Source: an uncultured Acidimicrobiales bacterium
GTDB taxonomy: Bacteria; Actinomycetota; Acidimicrobiia; Acidimicrobiales; DATKAS01
Assembly: GCA_963773315.1 (NCBI GenBank)
Contig: CAVZAF010000010.1
Coordinates: 42,151 to 106,150 of the forward strand
DNA length: 64,000 bases
Direction: 5' to 3'
Shown here: positions 28,706-38,324 of the stretch, in pieces
Layout: the number at the start of each line of letters is the position of its first letter
How positions within the stretch are numbered: the first letter of the stretch is position 1
Notes under the pieces: model-generated
The model's input: the letters and a program-made list of their open reading frames with translations, nothing else
The model's database searches: none
What the model was told of the DNA's origin: nothing
Position numbers and translations under genes: made by a program

Positions 28706-30432
28706 ATGGTCGAGCGCTGGATCGCCGACAGCGAGCTCAGCTCCAAGTGGCCGATCTACACACGGGCAAACGTCGGGGAGGTGTTCCCCGACCCGGTCAC
28801 GCCACTGACCCGCGACACCGGCATCTGGCTCGCGGAGCTCGGGTGGCGCGACGCGTGGAGCGCGTCGGCGCGTTCGACCAGGACGAGTTCGATCCCGACA
28901 ACATCGAGCAGCTCGGCATCACGGGCGGCTACTGCTACCTGAACGCGTCGCTTATCCGCCTGTTCGGCGAGCGCGCTCCCGGCCTCTCGGCGGCCGCGAT
29001 GGACGAGCAGTTCTTCGGGGCGCAGCCGGGCATCCCGCCGTACGAGGAGCAGCCGGGCGACGTCGATCTCGCGAAGACCGAGAAGATCGGCCAGACGTTC
29101 GGATGGACGCTCACGACCGAAGACCTTCCTGAGCTCATCGACGACCAGGTCGCCACGAGGCGGCTGCGCGATCAGCGCCCCGATCTCGGCGCCCTCAGCG
29201 ACCGTGAGCTCTCCGACCGGTACTTCGCGCTCATGGACGCGCACTTCCGCGACCTGTTCGCCCACCACATCTTCATGTCGTACATGGCGACGCTGCCGGT
29301 CGGCATCCTCACCGCGATGGCCGCCGCGGTCGGCGACCCGTCGCTCATGATGCGGCTCATCGGTGGCCTCGGCGACGTCGACTCCGCAGCGCCGTCGATG
29401 GCGATGTGGGACATGGGCCGCGTCGTCGCCGACTCGCCCACGCTCATGGCTGAGTTCGACAAGGGGCTCGTCGGCCTGCACGACCGTCTCCGAGCCTCGC
29501 CCGACGAAGGCGCCGCGAAGCTGTGCTCGATGATGGACGACTTCGTCCACAGCTTCGGATCTCGAGGACCGAACGAGTGGGAGATGCGGTCGCCGACGTG
29601 GGAGACGCAGCCTGACCTCGCCCTCGCCGCTGTCGATCGCATGCGCCTCTCGCCGGAGGGCGCTGCGCCGTTGAGTCAGAACTCGCGGATGGCGACCGAT
29701 CGCGAAGAGCTCGCAGCGCAGCTCACCGAGGCCTTGAAGGACGACCCGGAGACACAGGGCACGTTCCTCGCGGCAGTGCGGGCGGCCCGAGTGTTCCTGC
29801 CGGGGCGGGAGCGTTCGAAGACGAACGCGATCCGCATGCTCCACGAGTGCCGCATGACGCTCCGGGAGCTGGGCCGGCGCATGGTCGAACGAGGAGCGTT
29901 CGACGAGATAGAGGACTTCGGCATGCTGCGAAAGTCCGAGTTCGATGACTTCCTGGCCGATCCGAACGCGTTCACGAACACGATTCGCGCGCGCCGCAAG
30001 CAGTACGCGGAGCTTCAGGCGCTCGAGCCGCAGTTCGTGTTCGTGGGCGAGCCCGACTTCCCGGCTGCCTGGACGCGTCGAGACGCCGTGAACGTGGCGA
30101 AGCTCGCTTCGGGTGAGTCGCTCACCGGGCTCTCCGGTTGCCCCGGCGTCGCGGAGGGCCGCGCTCGCGTCATCCTCGACTCACACGATCCCACCGCTCT
30201 CGAGCCCGGCGATGTCCTGGTCGCGCCCATCACCGATCCGTCGTGGACCCCGCTGTTCGTGCCGGCCTGCGCGGTCGTCGTCGATGTCGGCGCGCTCCAG
30301 AGCCACGCGATCATCGTGAGCCGCGAGCTCGGCATCCCGTGTGTGGTGTCAGCGACGGGTGCCACGAAGGCGATCCCCGACGGCGCGATGGTGCGGGTCG
30401 ACGGCTCGGCCGGAACGGTCACGGTGCTCTGA
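28706..30432 (+). CDS. PEP-utilising enzyme (RPH/PpsA-like substrate + His-swivel domains), copy 1; -1 frameshift near 28857
   Basis: YTRANVGEVFPDPVTPL N-terminus, FGSRGPNEWE, TDPSWTPLF, SHAIIVSRELGIPCVV; adding one G restores WERVGAF. Confidence 0.85.
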
Positions 30433-32177
30433 TGGCCGAGCGATGGGCGGCCGACACGCTCGCGAGCGAGAAGTACACGATCTACACACGGGCGAACGCC
30501 GGCGAGGTCATGCCCGATCCCGTCTCTCCGTTGTCGTCGACGATGGGCCTCGCATCGGCCGGCGACCTCGGTTGGCGTGACGCGTACGTGAAGGCAGGGT
30601 CGTTCACCTACGACGAGTTCGATCCCGATCGGCCGGACACCGTCGGTGTCTTCGGCGGCTACCTCTACCTCAACATGTCGATGACGCGCATCTACGGCGT
30701 CCGGATGCCCGGACTGACACCTCAGATGGTCGACTTCCAGTACTTCGGCGACATGCCCGGCATCACTCCGTATGAGGACGAGGCCCGTGCTGACGACGAG
30801 AACGAAGAGCTCACCGCGAAGCTGCAGAGCTACCTCGACGATCTCTTCACCCGCGACGACCTGACTGAGCTGCGAGCAGACCGCGATCAAGTGGATCGGC
30901 TCATCGCGCGCCGCCCCGAGCTCGGCGAGCTCACCGATCAGGAGCTCGTCGACCATGCGCGCAGCTTCCTCCCGCTCTACCGGCGACTGTTCTGCCGGCA
31001 CATCCTCGTGTCCGGAGCTTCCGGCATCGGCATCGGCACGGTCGCGGGGGTGCTCGCCGCGATCGAGCAGCCCGAGCTGATCATGACCCTCGTCGCCGGT
31101 CTCGGCGACGTCGACTCGGCCGCGCCGAGCTGGGCGATGTGGGACATGTCCCGGATCGTGAGGGGTTCACCCGATCTCACCGCCGCGTTCGAGATGGGCG
31201 CGCCGGGGCTGCACGAGCGCCTCACTGCGCTCGCCGAATCGGGAAGCCCCTCCGCAGAAGACTTCGGAAAGCTGTTCGACAGCTTCATCGAGCGGTTTGG
31301 CGCGCGCGGTCCGAACGAATGGGAGCTGCGCAGCCGCACCTGGGGCATCGACCCCGATGTGCCCCTCGCCGCGATCGACCGCATGCGCCTCGCCGCCGAC
31401 GACGAGTCCCCGCAGACGCGCACCGAGCTGCGCATCGTCGAGCGTGAGGCCGCCACCGACTTCGTGCGGGAGGTCGTCGCCGGCGATCCTCAGGCCGCCG
31501 GCACGTTCGAGGTCGGCCTTCGGTGCGCGCACCTCTACAACGCCGGCCGCGAGCGCACGAAGACCAACAACATCAAGCTCGTGCACGAGATGCGGCTGCC
31601 GCTGCGCGAGCTCGGCCGTCGAGCGGTCGAGCGGGGCGACCTCGCCACCGTCGAGCAGATCTTCATGCTCACTGAGCTCGAGCTCGACGACTTCGTCGAG
31701 CGTCCCGCCGAGTTCACCGAGCTCGTGAAGGAGCGCGAGACCTACTACCTGTCGCTGTGGGACCTCGAGCCGCCGTTCGTGTCGAGAGGCGCACCGCCGC
31801 CGACATCCGAGTGGCGCCATCGCGCCGCGGCGAGCGGCGCCGACCACGCGGTGTCCGGGGAAGTGCTGACTGGCATCCCCGGCTGTCCGGGCGTGGCTCG
31901 GGGGCGGGCGCGGGTCGTGCTCGATCCGACCGACCCGCGCGGGCTCGAACCCGGTGATGTGCTCGTCGCCCCCCTGACCGATCCGTCGTGGACACCGCTG
32001 TTCGTCCCCGCGGCGGCGGTCGTCGTCGACGTCGGCGCGCAGATCACGCACGCGGTGATCGTCAGTCGTGAGCTCGGGCTGCCCTGCGTCGTGTCGGTCA
32101 CCGACGCGACGAGGCGGATCGCCGACGGCGCCATGATCGAGGTCGACGGCAAGGCCGGCACGGTGACGGTGCTCTGA
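30432..32177 (+). CDS. PEP-utilising enzyme (RPH/PpsA-like), copy 2
   Basis: YTRANAGEVMPDPVSPL, FGARGPNEWE, THAVIVSRELGLPCVV; TGATG coupling. Confidence 0.9.
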   Translation: MAERWAADTLASEKYTIYTRANAGEVMPDPVSPLSSTMGLASAGDLGWRDAYVKAGSFTYDEFDPDRPDTVGVFGGYLYLNMSMTRIYGVRMPGLTPQMVDFQYFGDMPGITPYEDEARADDENEELTAKLQSYLDDLFTRDDLTELRADRDQVDRLIARRPELGELTDQELVDHARSFLPLYRRLFCRHILVSGASGIGIGTVAGVLAAIEQPELIMTLVAGLGDVDSAAPSWAMWDMSRIVRGSPDLTAAFEMGAPGLHERLTALAESGSPSAEDFGKLFDSFIERFGARGPNEWELRSRTWGIDPDVPLAAIDRMRLAADDESPQTRTELRIVEREAATDFVREVVAGDPQAAGTFEVGLRCAHLYNAGRERTKTNNIKLVHEMRLPLRELGRRAVERGDLATVEQIFMLTELELDDFVERPAEFTELVKERETYYLSLWDLEPPFVSRGAPPPTSEWRHRAAASGADHAVSGEVLTGIPGCPGVARGRARVVLDPTDPRGLEPGDVLVAPLTDPSWTPLFVPAAAVVVDVGAQITHAVIVSRELGLPCVVSVTDATRRIADGAMIEVDGKAGTVTVL

Positions 32178-33334
32178 TGCTCGATCACCTGCGCGTCGTC
32201 GAGCTGTCGGTCTGGGTGGCAGGGCCTGCAGCGGGTGGCGTGCTCGCCGACTGGGGCGCCGACGTGATCAAGGTCGAGCCTCCCGAAGGCGATCCGATGC
32301 GCAGGCTCTTCGGAGCGATCGGCGTCAAGCAGACGAAGGTGCCGCCGTTCGAGCTCGACAACCGCGGCAAGCGCTCAGTGGTCCTCGATCTGCGGTCCGA
32401 AGAGGACATCGCGGCCATGTGGAAGCTGCTCGAGACCGCCGACGTCTTCCTCACCAACCTTCGCGTCGACGCGCTCGAGCGCCTCGGCCTCGACGCGACG
32501 ACCGTACGAGCCCGGCTGCCGCGCATCGTCTACGCGAGCGTGACCGGATACGGGCTCGAGGGTCCCGAGCGCGACCGTGCCGGCTACGACATCGGAGCGT
32601 TCTGGGCTCGCAGTGGCGCCGCCGCGACGCTCGTGCCGTCCTCCGAAGACCCGCCGACGATCCGAAGCGGATATGGCGACCACACGACGGGTCTCACCGT
32701 GCTGGCCGGCTTGCTCGGTGCGCTGCTCGAGCGCGAGCGCACTGGTGAGGGACGGCTCGTCGAGGTGTCGCTGCTCGGCACGGGCATCTACTGCATGGGA
32801 TGGGACCTCTCGATCCTGTCGGGCTTCGGCAAGATCTCGTCGACGAAGTCGCGCGCGCTCGCGCCTGCTCCGCTCGTGAACTGCTACAAGGCGGCAGACG
32901 GCCACTGGTTCTGGCTGCTCGGCCTCGAAGGCGATCGGCATTGGCCGGGCCTCCTCCACGCGATCGATCGCGTCGACCTCGGCGACGACGAGCGCTTCAA
33001 AACGTCGGTTGGCCGGCGTGAGCACTGCGCCGCACTCATCTCCGAGCTCGATGACACCTTCGCGGCCCGCGACTACGCCGACTGGATCGAGCGGTTCGAC
33101 GCGCACGACGTGTGGTGGGCACCGGTCAACACCCTGCGCGACGTGCTCGCCGATCCGCAGGCGAACGCGGCCGGGATGTTCGTCGACATGGCCGGCATCG
33201 ACGGCGAGCGCTATCGCTCAGTCGCCACTCCGGTCCGTTTCCATCCGTCTACCGATCACGTCGCCGAGCCGGGCCGAGTGCCGATGCTCGGCGAGCACAC
33301 CACCGAAGTCCTGTCCGAGCTCGGCCTCTCCTGA
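32177..33334 (+). CDS. CaiB/BaiF family (class III) CoA-transferase
   Basis: VAGP...LADWGADVIKVEPPEGDPMR, NRGKRS, GYD, PMLGEHT. Confidence 0.93.
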   Translation: MLDHLRVVELSVWVAGPAAGGVLADWGADVIKVEPPEGDPMRRLFGAIGVKQTKVPPFELDNRGKRSVVLDLRSEEDIAAMWKLLETADVFLTNLRVDALERLGLDATTVRARLPRIVYASVTGYGLEGPERDRAGYDIGAFWARSGAAATLVPSSEDPPTIRSGYGDHTTGLTVLAGLLGALLERERTGEGRLVEVSLLGTGIYCMGWDLSILSGFGKISSTKSRALAPAPLVNCYKAADGHWFWLLGLEGDRHWPGLLHAIDRVDLGDDERFKTSVGRREHCAALISELDDTFAARDYADWIERFDAHDVWWAPVNTLRDVLADPQANAAGMFVDMAGIDGERYRSVATPVRFHPSTDHVAEPGRVPMLGEHTTEVLSELGLS

Positions 33335-33337
33335 CCG

Positions 33338-34093
33338 CTAGCCCCAGAGGGCGGTGAGCACGTCGTCGCGCAGCTCCTTGCGGCAGATGAGGAGGTCGGG
33401 GAGCCACGGGTCAGGCCGGTTGTAGATGAGCGGCGATCCGTCGAGTCGGCTGACGTGGAGGCCGGCGGAGATCGCGACCGCCGCGGGGGCGGCGTTGTCC
33501 CATTCGTATTGCCCGCCCGAATGGGCATAGATGTCGGCGTCCCCCGCGACGATCGCCATCGCCTTGGCCCCGGCGGACCCGAGTGTCACGATCTCCGCGT
33601 CGAGCGCGTGGGCGACGACGGCCGCGGCATGCGACGAGCGGCTTCGGCTGGTGATGACGCGGAGCCGGCGTCCATCGACGGGCGGGGGATAGGGCGGAGG
33701 ATCACCGGTTCCGTACACGACACCGAGAGCCGGGAGCGCCACCGCGCCGACGAGGGGCTCGCCGCGGACCGCGAGCGCGATGTGCACCGCCCAGTCGCTG
33801 CGGCCGGGCTGCCCGTACTCGTTCGTGCCGTCGAGCGGATCGACGACCCACACGCGGTCAGCCGAGAGTCGCGCGGGTCCATCCCGGCCCTCTTCCGAAA
33901 GGATCGCGTCGCCCGGACGGAGCGCGCTGAGGCGCTCGACGATGAAGTGGTGGGCGCGCATGTCGCCTTCGTCCATCACGCGCCACGACGCGACTCCGGC
34001 CGCCACGAGCTCGGCGCGCAGCTGCACCAACATCACACCGGTCGCCTCCGCGATCTCGGCCGCGATGCGATGGTCGTCGGCGTCGGGGGTCAC
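33338..34093 (-). CDS. cysQ: 3'(2'),5'-bisphosphate nucleotidase CysQ
   Basis: ILSEEG, WVVDPLDGT, GSAGAK, GGQYEWDNAAP. Confidence 0.9.
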   Translation of the reverse strand: MTPDADDHRIAAEIAEATGVMLVQLRAELVAAGVASWRVMDEGDMRAHHFIVERLSALRPGDAILSEEGRDGPARLSADRVWVVDPLDGTNEYGQPGRSDWAVHIALAVRGEPLVGAVALPALGVVYGTGDPPPYPPPVDGRRLRVITSRSRSSHAAAVVAHALDAEIVTLGSAGAKAMAIVAGDADIYAHSGGQYEWDNAAPAAVAISAGLHVSRLDGSPLIYNRPDPWLPDLLICRKELRDDVLTALWG

Positions 34094-34141
34094 CCGCGCA
34101 GGCTATGCGTAGTGTGCGTCGACACCCAGTGGAGGATTCGC

Positions 34142-34537
34142 ATGGAGCGCACCGCAGTCAACCCATGGCAATGGTCCATGAATTTCGGGTTCAACCAAGG
34201 AGAGCTCATCGAGGGCGCGAGCAGGACGTTGTTCTGCAGCGGTCAGACCTCGGTCGACGCTGACGGCGCGCCGCAACATCCCGGTGACATGGCCGCCCAG
34301 CTCTCGCTCGCGCTCGACAACCTCGAGGCCGTGCTGCACGACGCGGGCATGGGCCTCGGGAACCTCGTGCGCCTGAACTTCTACACGACCGACGTCGACG
34401 CCTACCTGGCCAGCTCCGCCGTGCTCGGGCAGCGGCTCGGCGCGGCCGGCGTGATGCCGGCCGGCACGTTGCTGGGCGTCGCCCGCCTCGCGTTCCCCGA
34501 GCTCATGGTCGAGATCGAGGGCACGGCCGTCGGCTGA
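34142..34537 (+). CDS. RidA/YjgF family protein
   Basis: LFCSGQ, NLEAVL, TLLGVARLAFPELMVEIE; GGAGG RBS. Confidence 0.9.
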   Translation: MERTAVNPWQWSMNFGFNQGELIEGASRTLFCSGQTSVDADGAPQHPGDMAAQLSLALDNLEAVLHDAGMGLGNLVRLNFYTTDVDAYLASSAVLGQRLGAAGVMPAGTLLGVARLAFPELMVEIEGTAVG

Positions 34538-34634
34538 CGCGTCCGCCGGGCGGCGCAGTGCGCCGCCGGGTGCGCGAAGCAGCGATTGTCGAGCGAAGCG
34601 AGCAGGAGCCGGCCACAGGCCGGTGACGAGGAGC

Positions 34635-35523
34635 TCAGGGGGGCGGGATGTTGCCCGCTTCGATCTGCGCCTGGTAGTCGAGCTCGAGGCGCGCGGCTTG
34701 TAAGAGGTTGATCGCGTACCGCATCGCGCCGGACGAGTAGGTCTTGCAGTCGAGGCTCGTCGTCGACGGCACGGGACAGAAGTGACCGTCGGAGCCGCGG
34801 ACGGTGATCGTGCCGTCGGCCGCGCACGCGTCGCGCGCTTGCGGGATGCGCTGCTCGAACGGAAGGCAGCGCTGCGTGTCGACGAACTGGCCCTCGGGTG
34901 AGATGGCGACACCTGCATCGGCGTACTGGATGGTCGGGTGCGCACCCGCGAGCCCCCGGTACACCGTGTCGAGCTGCTCCCACACGTCGCCGGGCAGGTG
35001 GGGCGCCGGCGGCGACGCGAGCACGAACGGCACCCCAGCTGCGTCAGCGGCGTCGATGGCCCGCTCCGTGTCGGCGCGGTACTTGTCGAACAGCGCCTGG
35101 CCGCCGATCGGCTTGCCGTCCGCGCCGTCCATGCAGCCGCCGATGCTGTTGCCGCTGAACGCCCACACGACGAGGTCGACCTTGTGCGCGTCGAGGTCGT
35201 CTTGAAGCGGCTGGAGGAAGTCGCACGGCGCGGTGCCGCCCAAGGCGCGGGCCTCGACCTCGAGCCCGAGCGCGCGAGACACGGCTTGGAGGTAGGGCTC
35301 GGCCTGCGTCACGAGGGAGTCGCCGTAGATGGTCACGTGGGGTGCTTTCGTCGGAGATGCCGCCGGCAGCATCGTGGTCGGAGCCGCCGCCGTCCCAGCC
35401 GCAGTGCTTCCGCGATCCGACGCCGAGCTCCGTCCCGTCACGACGCCGCCGACGAAGATGATCGAGCGCGACGGCGGCGATCGCCGCGATCACGCCGCTC
35501 CGGCGTATCCGACCGTTTTGCAT
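34635..35523 (-). CDS. Secreted SGNH/GDSL-like hydrolase (apparent +1 frameshift near 35463)
   Basis: IYGDSL block I, FSGN, DGHF; signal/TM MQNGRIRRSGVIAAIAAVAL-IIFVGGVV is split across two frames. Confidence 0.65.
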
Positions 35524-35545
35524 CCGAAGTTTCTAGCGGGCCGCG

Positions 35546-36030
35546 TCAGAACAAAGAGATCAGCCTGCCCAGCATGTAGCCGCAGAGTGAGTAGACGGCG
35601 GTGAAGATCAACCCGTACGAGATCGCGGCGACCAGGATCCGGTGGGGCCCGACCGGCCGGCCCGTGATGATCCGAGCGCTGCCGATCACCAGGATCGCGT
35701 TCACGATCGCGGCGGCGAGCGCGTAGCGCCCCGCAGTCCCTTGCTCGATCCAGTCGACCGGCTTCTGCAGCGACCTCTTGCCCCGCATGTTCTGAAGGCG
35801 AGTCTCGACGCGAGCGCCGGAGCCCGCGACCCATTCACCCCAGTGGTTGTCGATCCAGGTGCAGCACGCGACGTTCAGGAGTACGACGGCGAGCGCGGCG
35901 ATCCCGAACACGCGAAGCGAGTCGTACCTCGCCGACAGCACCAGCGTCGGCAGACCGATGATGAGCGTGTCGAAGACCGCGTACACGGCGATCGCCCCGC
36001 CGACGATGGCCGTCGACGTGCGGGATGTCG
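35546..36030 (-). CDS. Hypothetical membrane protein (start not resolved)
   Basis: About four hydrophobic helices; no clean start codon visible. Confidence 0.5.
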
Positions 36031-36033
36031 CGG

Positions 36034-36258
36034 TTACGCCGCTGTCCCGTGCGGGCTGCCGGCTTCCTCGTAGCACTCGTAGTGATAATGCTCGACCCGG
36101 TCCCACCGGTCGCGGACGTACACGTTGCAGATCACCTGCTGTGCGCGCACCTTGGCGCTGAACTTCACACGGTCGCCGCAGCCCGCGCACACGACCTCGC
36201 TGCCCGGCTCGATCGAGCGAACCACGGCACGGGTCCTCAGGGCGGTCTTCGTCGCCAT
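36034..36258 (-). CDS. Small Cys/His-rich hypothetical protein (putative zinc finger)
   Basis: CAGC...HYEC pattern, 74 aa, AGGAAGG RBS. Confidence 0.7.
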   Translation of the reverse strand: MATKTALRTRAVVRSIEPGSEVVCAGCGDRVKFSAKVRAQQVICNVYVRDRWDRVEHYHYECYEEAGSPHGTAA

Positions 36259-36393
36259 GGCCTTCCTGTCGGCAGCGTTGGCCTGCGGGTTAGCCGCATG
36301 GCGCCGTCTCGGGACCTAACAGCTCGCGAAACAAACGCCGCGGGGTGGAGACCGCACCGACCGGCGTCCGTATGGTCGTCCAGGATGTTGCCG

Positions 36394-37110
36394 ATGACCG
36401 CAGACGCAACGGAACGGGGACAGGGACCAGTCGCTCGAGTGCTCGTGATCGAGGACGACCTCATCCTTGGTGATGTCATCGCGAGGTACCTCGCACACGA
36501 GGGCATGGCCGTCGACGTCGTCGCCAACGGGCGCGAGGGACTCGAGCGAGCCCTCACGACTCTCCCTGATCTCGTCGTCCTCGACCTGATGCTTCCGGGC
36601 CTCAATGGCATCGAAGTGATCAAGAGGCTCCGGCAGGCGGTGCCGATCCCTGTCGTGATGTTGACGGCGCGCGGCTCGGAAGAGGACCGGGTCGCCGGGC
36701 TCGAGCTCGGCGCCGACGACTATCTCGCGAAGCCCTTCTCGCCTCGGGAGCTCGCGGCGCGCGTCAAGGCAGTGCTACGGCGCGCGGCGGGCGGAGTCAG
36801 GACGAGTGTCGGAGCCGTGATGGCGTCCGGCGGGCTGACGGTCGACCTCGTGGCGCACGAGGCGGTCATCGACGGCAAAGTCCTCGCCTTGACCGCCAAG
36901 GAGTTCGACCTGCTCGCACACTTCATCGCGAACCCCGGCCGAGCGTTTCGGCGTGAGGAGCTGCTCCAAGCGGTGTGGGGCTATTCCGTCGGTGACACCG
37001 CGACGATCACAGTGCACGTCCGAAGGCTGCGCGAGAAGATCGAAGCCGATCCCTCGAACCCGCAGCACCTGTGCACGGTGCGAGGCCTCGGCTACCGGTG
37101 GGCGCAATGA
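36394..37110 (+). CDS. OmpR-family response regulator
   Basis: VIEDD, LDLMLP, GADDYLAKPF, winged-helix TITVHVRRLREKIE. Confidence 0.94.
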   Translation: MTADATERGQGPVARVLVIEDDLILGDVIARYLAHEGMAVDVVANGREGLERALTTLPDLVVLDLMLPGLNGIEVIKRLRQAVPIPVVMLTARGSEEDRVAGLELGADDYLAKPFSPRELAARVKAVLRRAAGGVRTSVGAVMASGGLTVDLVAHEAVIDGKVLALTAKEFDLLAHFIANPGRAFRREELLQAVWGYSVGDTATITVHVRRLREKIEADPSNPQHLCTVRGLGYRWAQ

Positions 37111-38324
37111 AGACGTTCGTGCGCGCCGCGGTCCTGATCGTGGGTGGTGCTCTCGTCGCGGGGCTGCTCGCCCTCGCGAGTGGCACGAGCGTCGGGGATG
37201 CGGCGGTCGTCGTCGCGCTCGCGGCGGGCGGCGCGCTGGCCGCGGCAGTCGCGGGTGCCGCTCTGTTGCGGACGTTGCGGACGCGCTCCCTGCGCGTCCA
37301 AGTGCTGGCGGTTGCTGTCGCCACGATGGTGACGATGGTTGCCGGCGTCCTGCTCGCCGCCGAGTTCATGCTGGTCTCCGACCACGATCTGGCTGTCCTG
37401 GCGGTCGTCCTAGTGGTCGCCGGCTCGGTGGCCGGCGGCGCGGCGTTGTACCTGGGCGACATGTACGAGCGAGATACGAGAGAGGTCGGTGATCTCGCCG
37501 AGCGGCTGGTCGATCCGAACGCAGGTGCGCACGACGTCGGTAGGGAGCCGATCCTGACCGGGGACCTTCAACGCCTCGCCGACCAGCTCTCTGATGTGTC
37601 GGCGCGCTTGGAGGCATCGAGGCAGCGAGAGAGGGCACTCGACACATCTCGCAGGGAGCTCGTGGCGTGGATCTCTCACGATCTGCGATCTCCGATCGCG
37701 TCGATCCGTGCACTCGCCGAGGCCCTCGACGAGGGCGTTGTCTCGGATGCCGTCGGCGTGGCCCGGTACCACCTGGCCATCGTCCACGAGAGTCACCGGC
37801 TCGGCGCCCTTGTCGACGACCTCTTCGAGCTCAGCAGGCTCGCGAGCGGCGCCGAGCCTGTCGATCAACCCTTCGTACCCGTGAGCGAGCTGGTCGGCGA
37901 GGTGCTCGCCGGGATCACGCCGGCGGCCTCGATTCGTGGCGTGATCGTCTCCGCGGCGATCGAAGAGCTCCCTTCGGTGCTCGTGCCGGCGAACGACGTC
38001 CGCCGGGTCATGCGCAACCTTCTCGACAACGCGGTCCGGCACACGCCCTCCGGAGGCAGCGTGACGCTCGAGGTGGCAGGCGACGGCTCCGTGCTGGAGC
38101 TGTCCGTGACCGACCAGTGCGGGGGGATCCCCGATTCCGATTTGGACCATGTCTTCGAGGTCGCATTCCGTGGAGACGAGGCGCGGACACGCGATGAGAG
38201 TGGCGGTGGGCTCGGCCTCGCGATCGCGAAGGGGCTCGTCGAGGGTCGTGCGGGCACGATCAGAGTCGCGAACCGCTCGCACGGATGTCGGTTCACCGTG
38301 CACCTTCCGGTCGTGACGCGATGA
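37107..38324 (+). CDS. Sensor histidine kinase
   Basis: N-terminal TMs, ISHDLRSP, NLLDNA, GGGLGLAIA; ATGA overlap. Confidence 0.93.
   Translation: MKTFVRAAVLIVGGALVAGLLALASGTSVGDAAVVVALAAGGALAAAVAGAALLRTLRTRSLRVQVLAVAVATMVTMVAGVLLAAEFMLVSDHDLAVLAVVLVVAGSVAGGAALYLGDMYERDTREVGDLAERLVDPNAGAHDVGREPILTGDLQRLADQLSDVSARLEASRQRERALDTSRRELVAWISHDLRSPIASIRALAEALDEGVVSDAVGVARYHLAIVHESHRLGALVDDLFELSRLASGAEPVDQPFVPVSELVGEVLAGITPAASIRGVIVSAAIEELPSVLVPANDVRRVMRNLLDNAVRHTPSGGSVTLEVAGDGSVLELSVTDQCGGIPDSDLDHVFEVAFRGDEARTRDESGGGLGLAIAKGLVEGRAGTIRVANRSHGCRFTVHLPVVTR

Noticed and set aside
34545-34615. GC hairpin ggcggcgca-g-tgcgccgcc plus gagcgaagcgag between convergent genes, as a REP/MITE
   Set aside because: Single occurrence in the window; most simply a terminator-like hairpin
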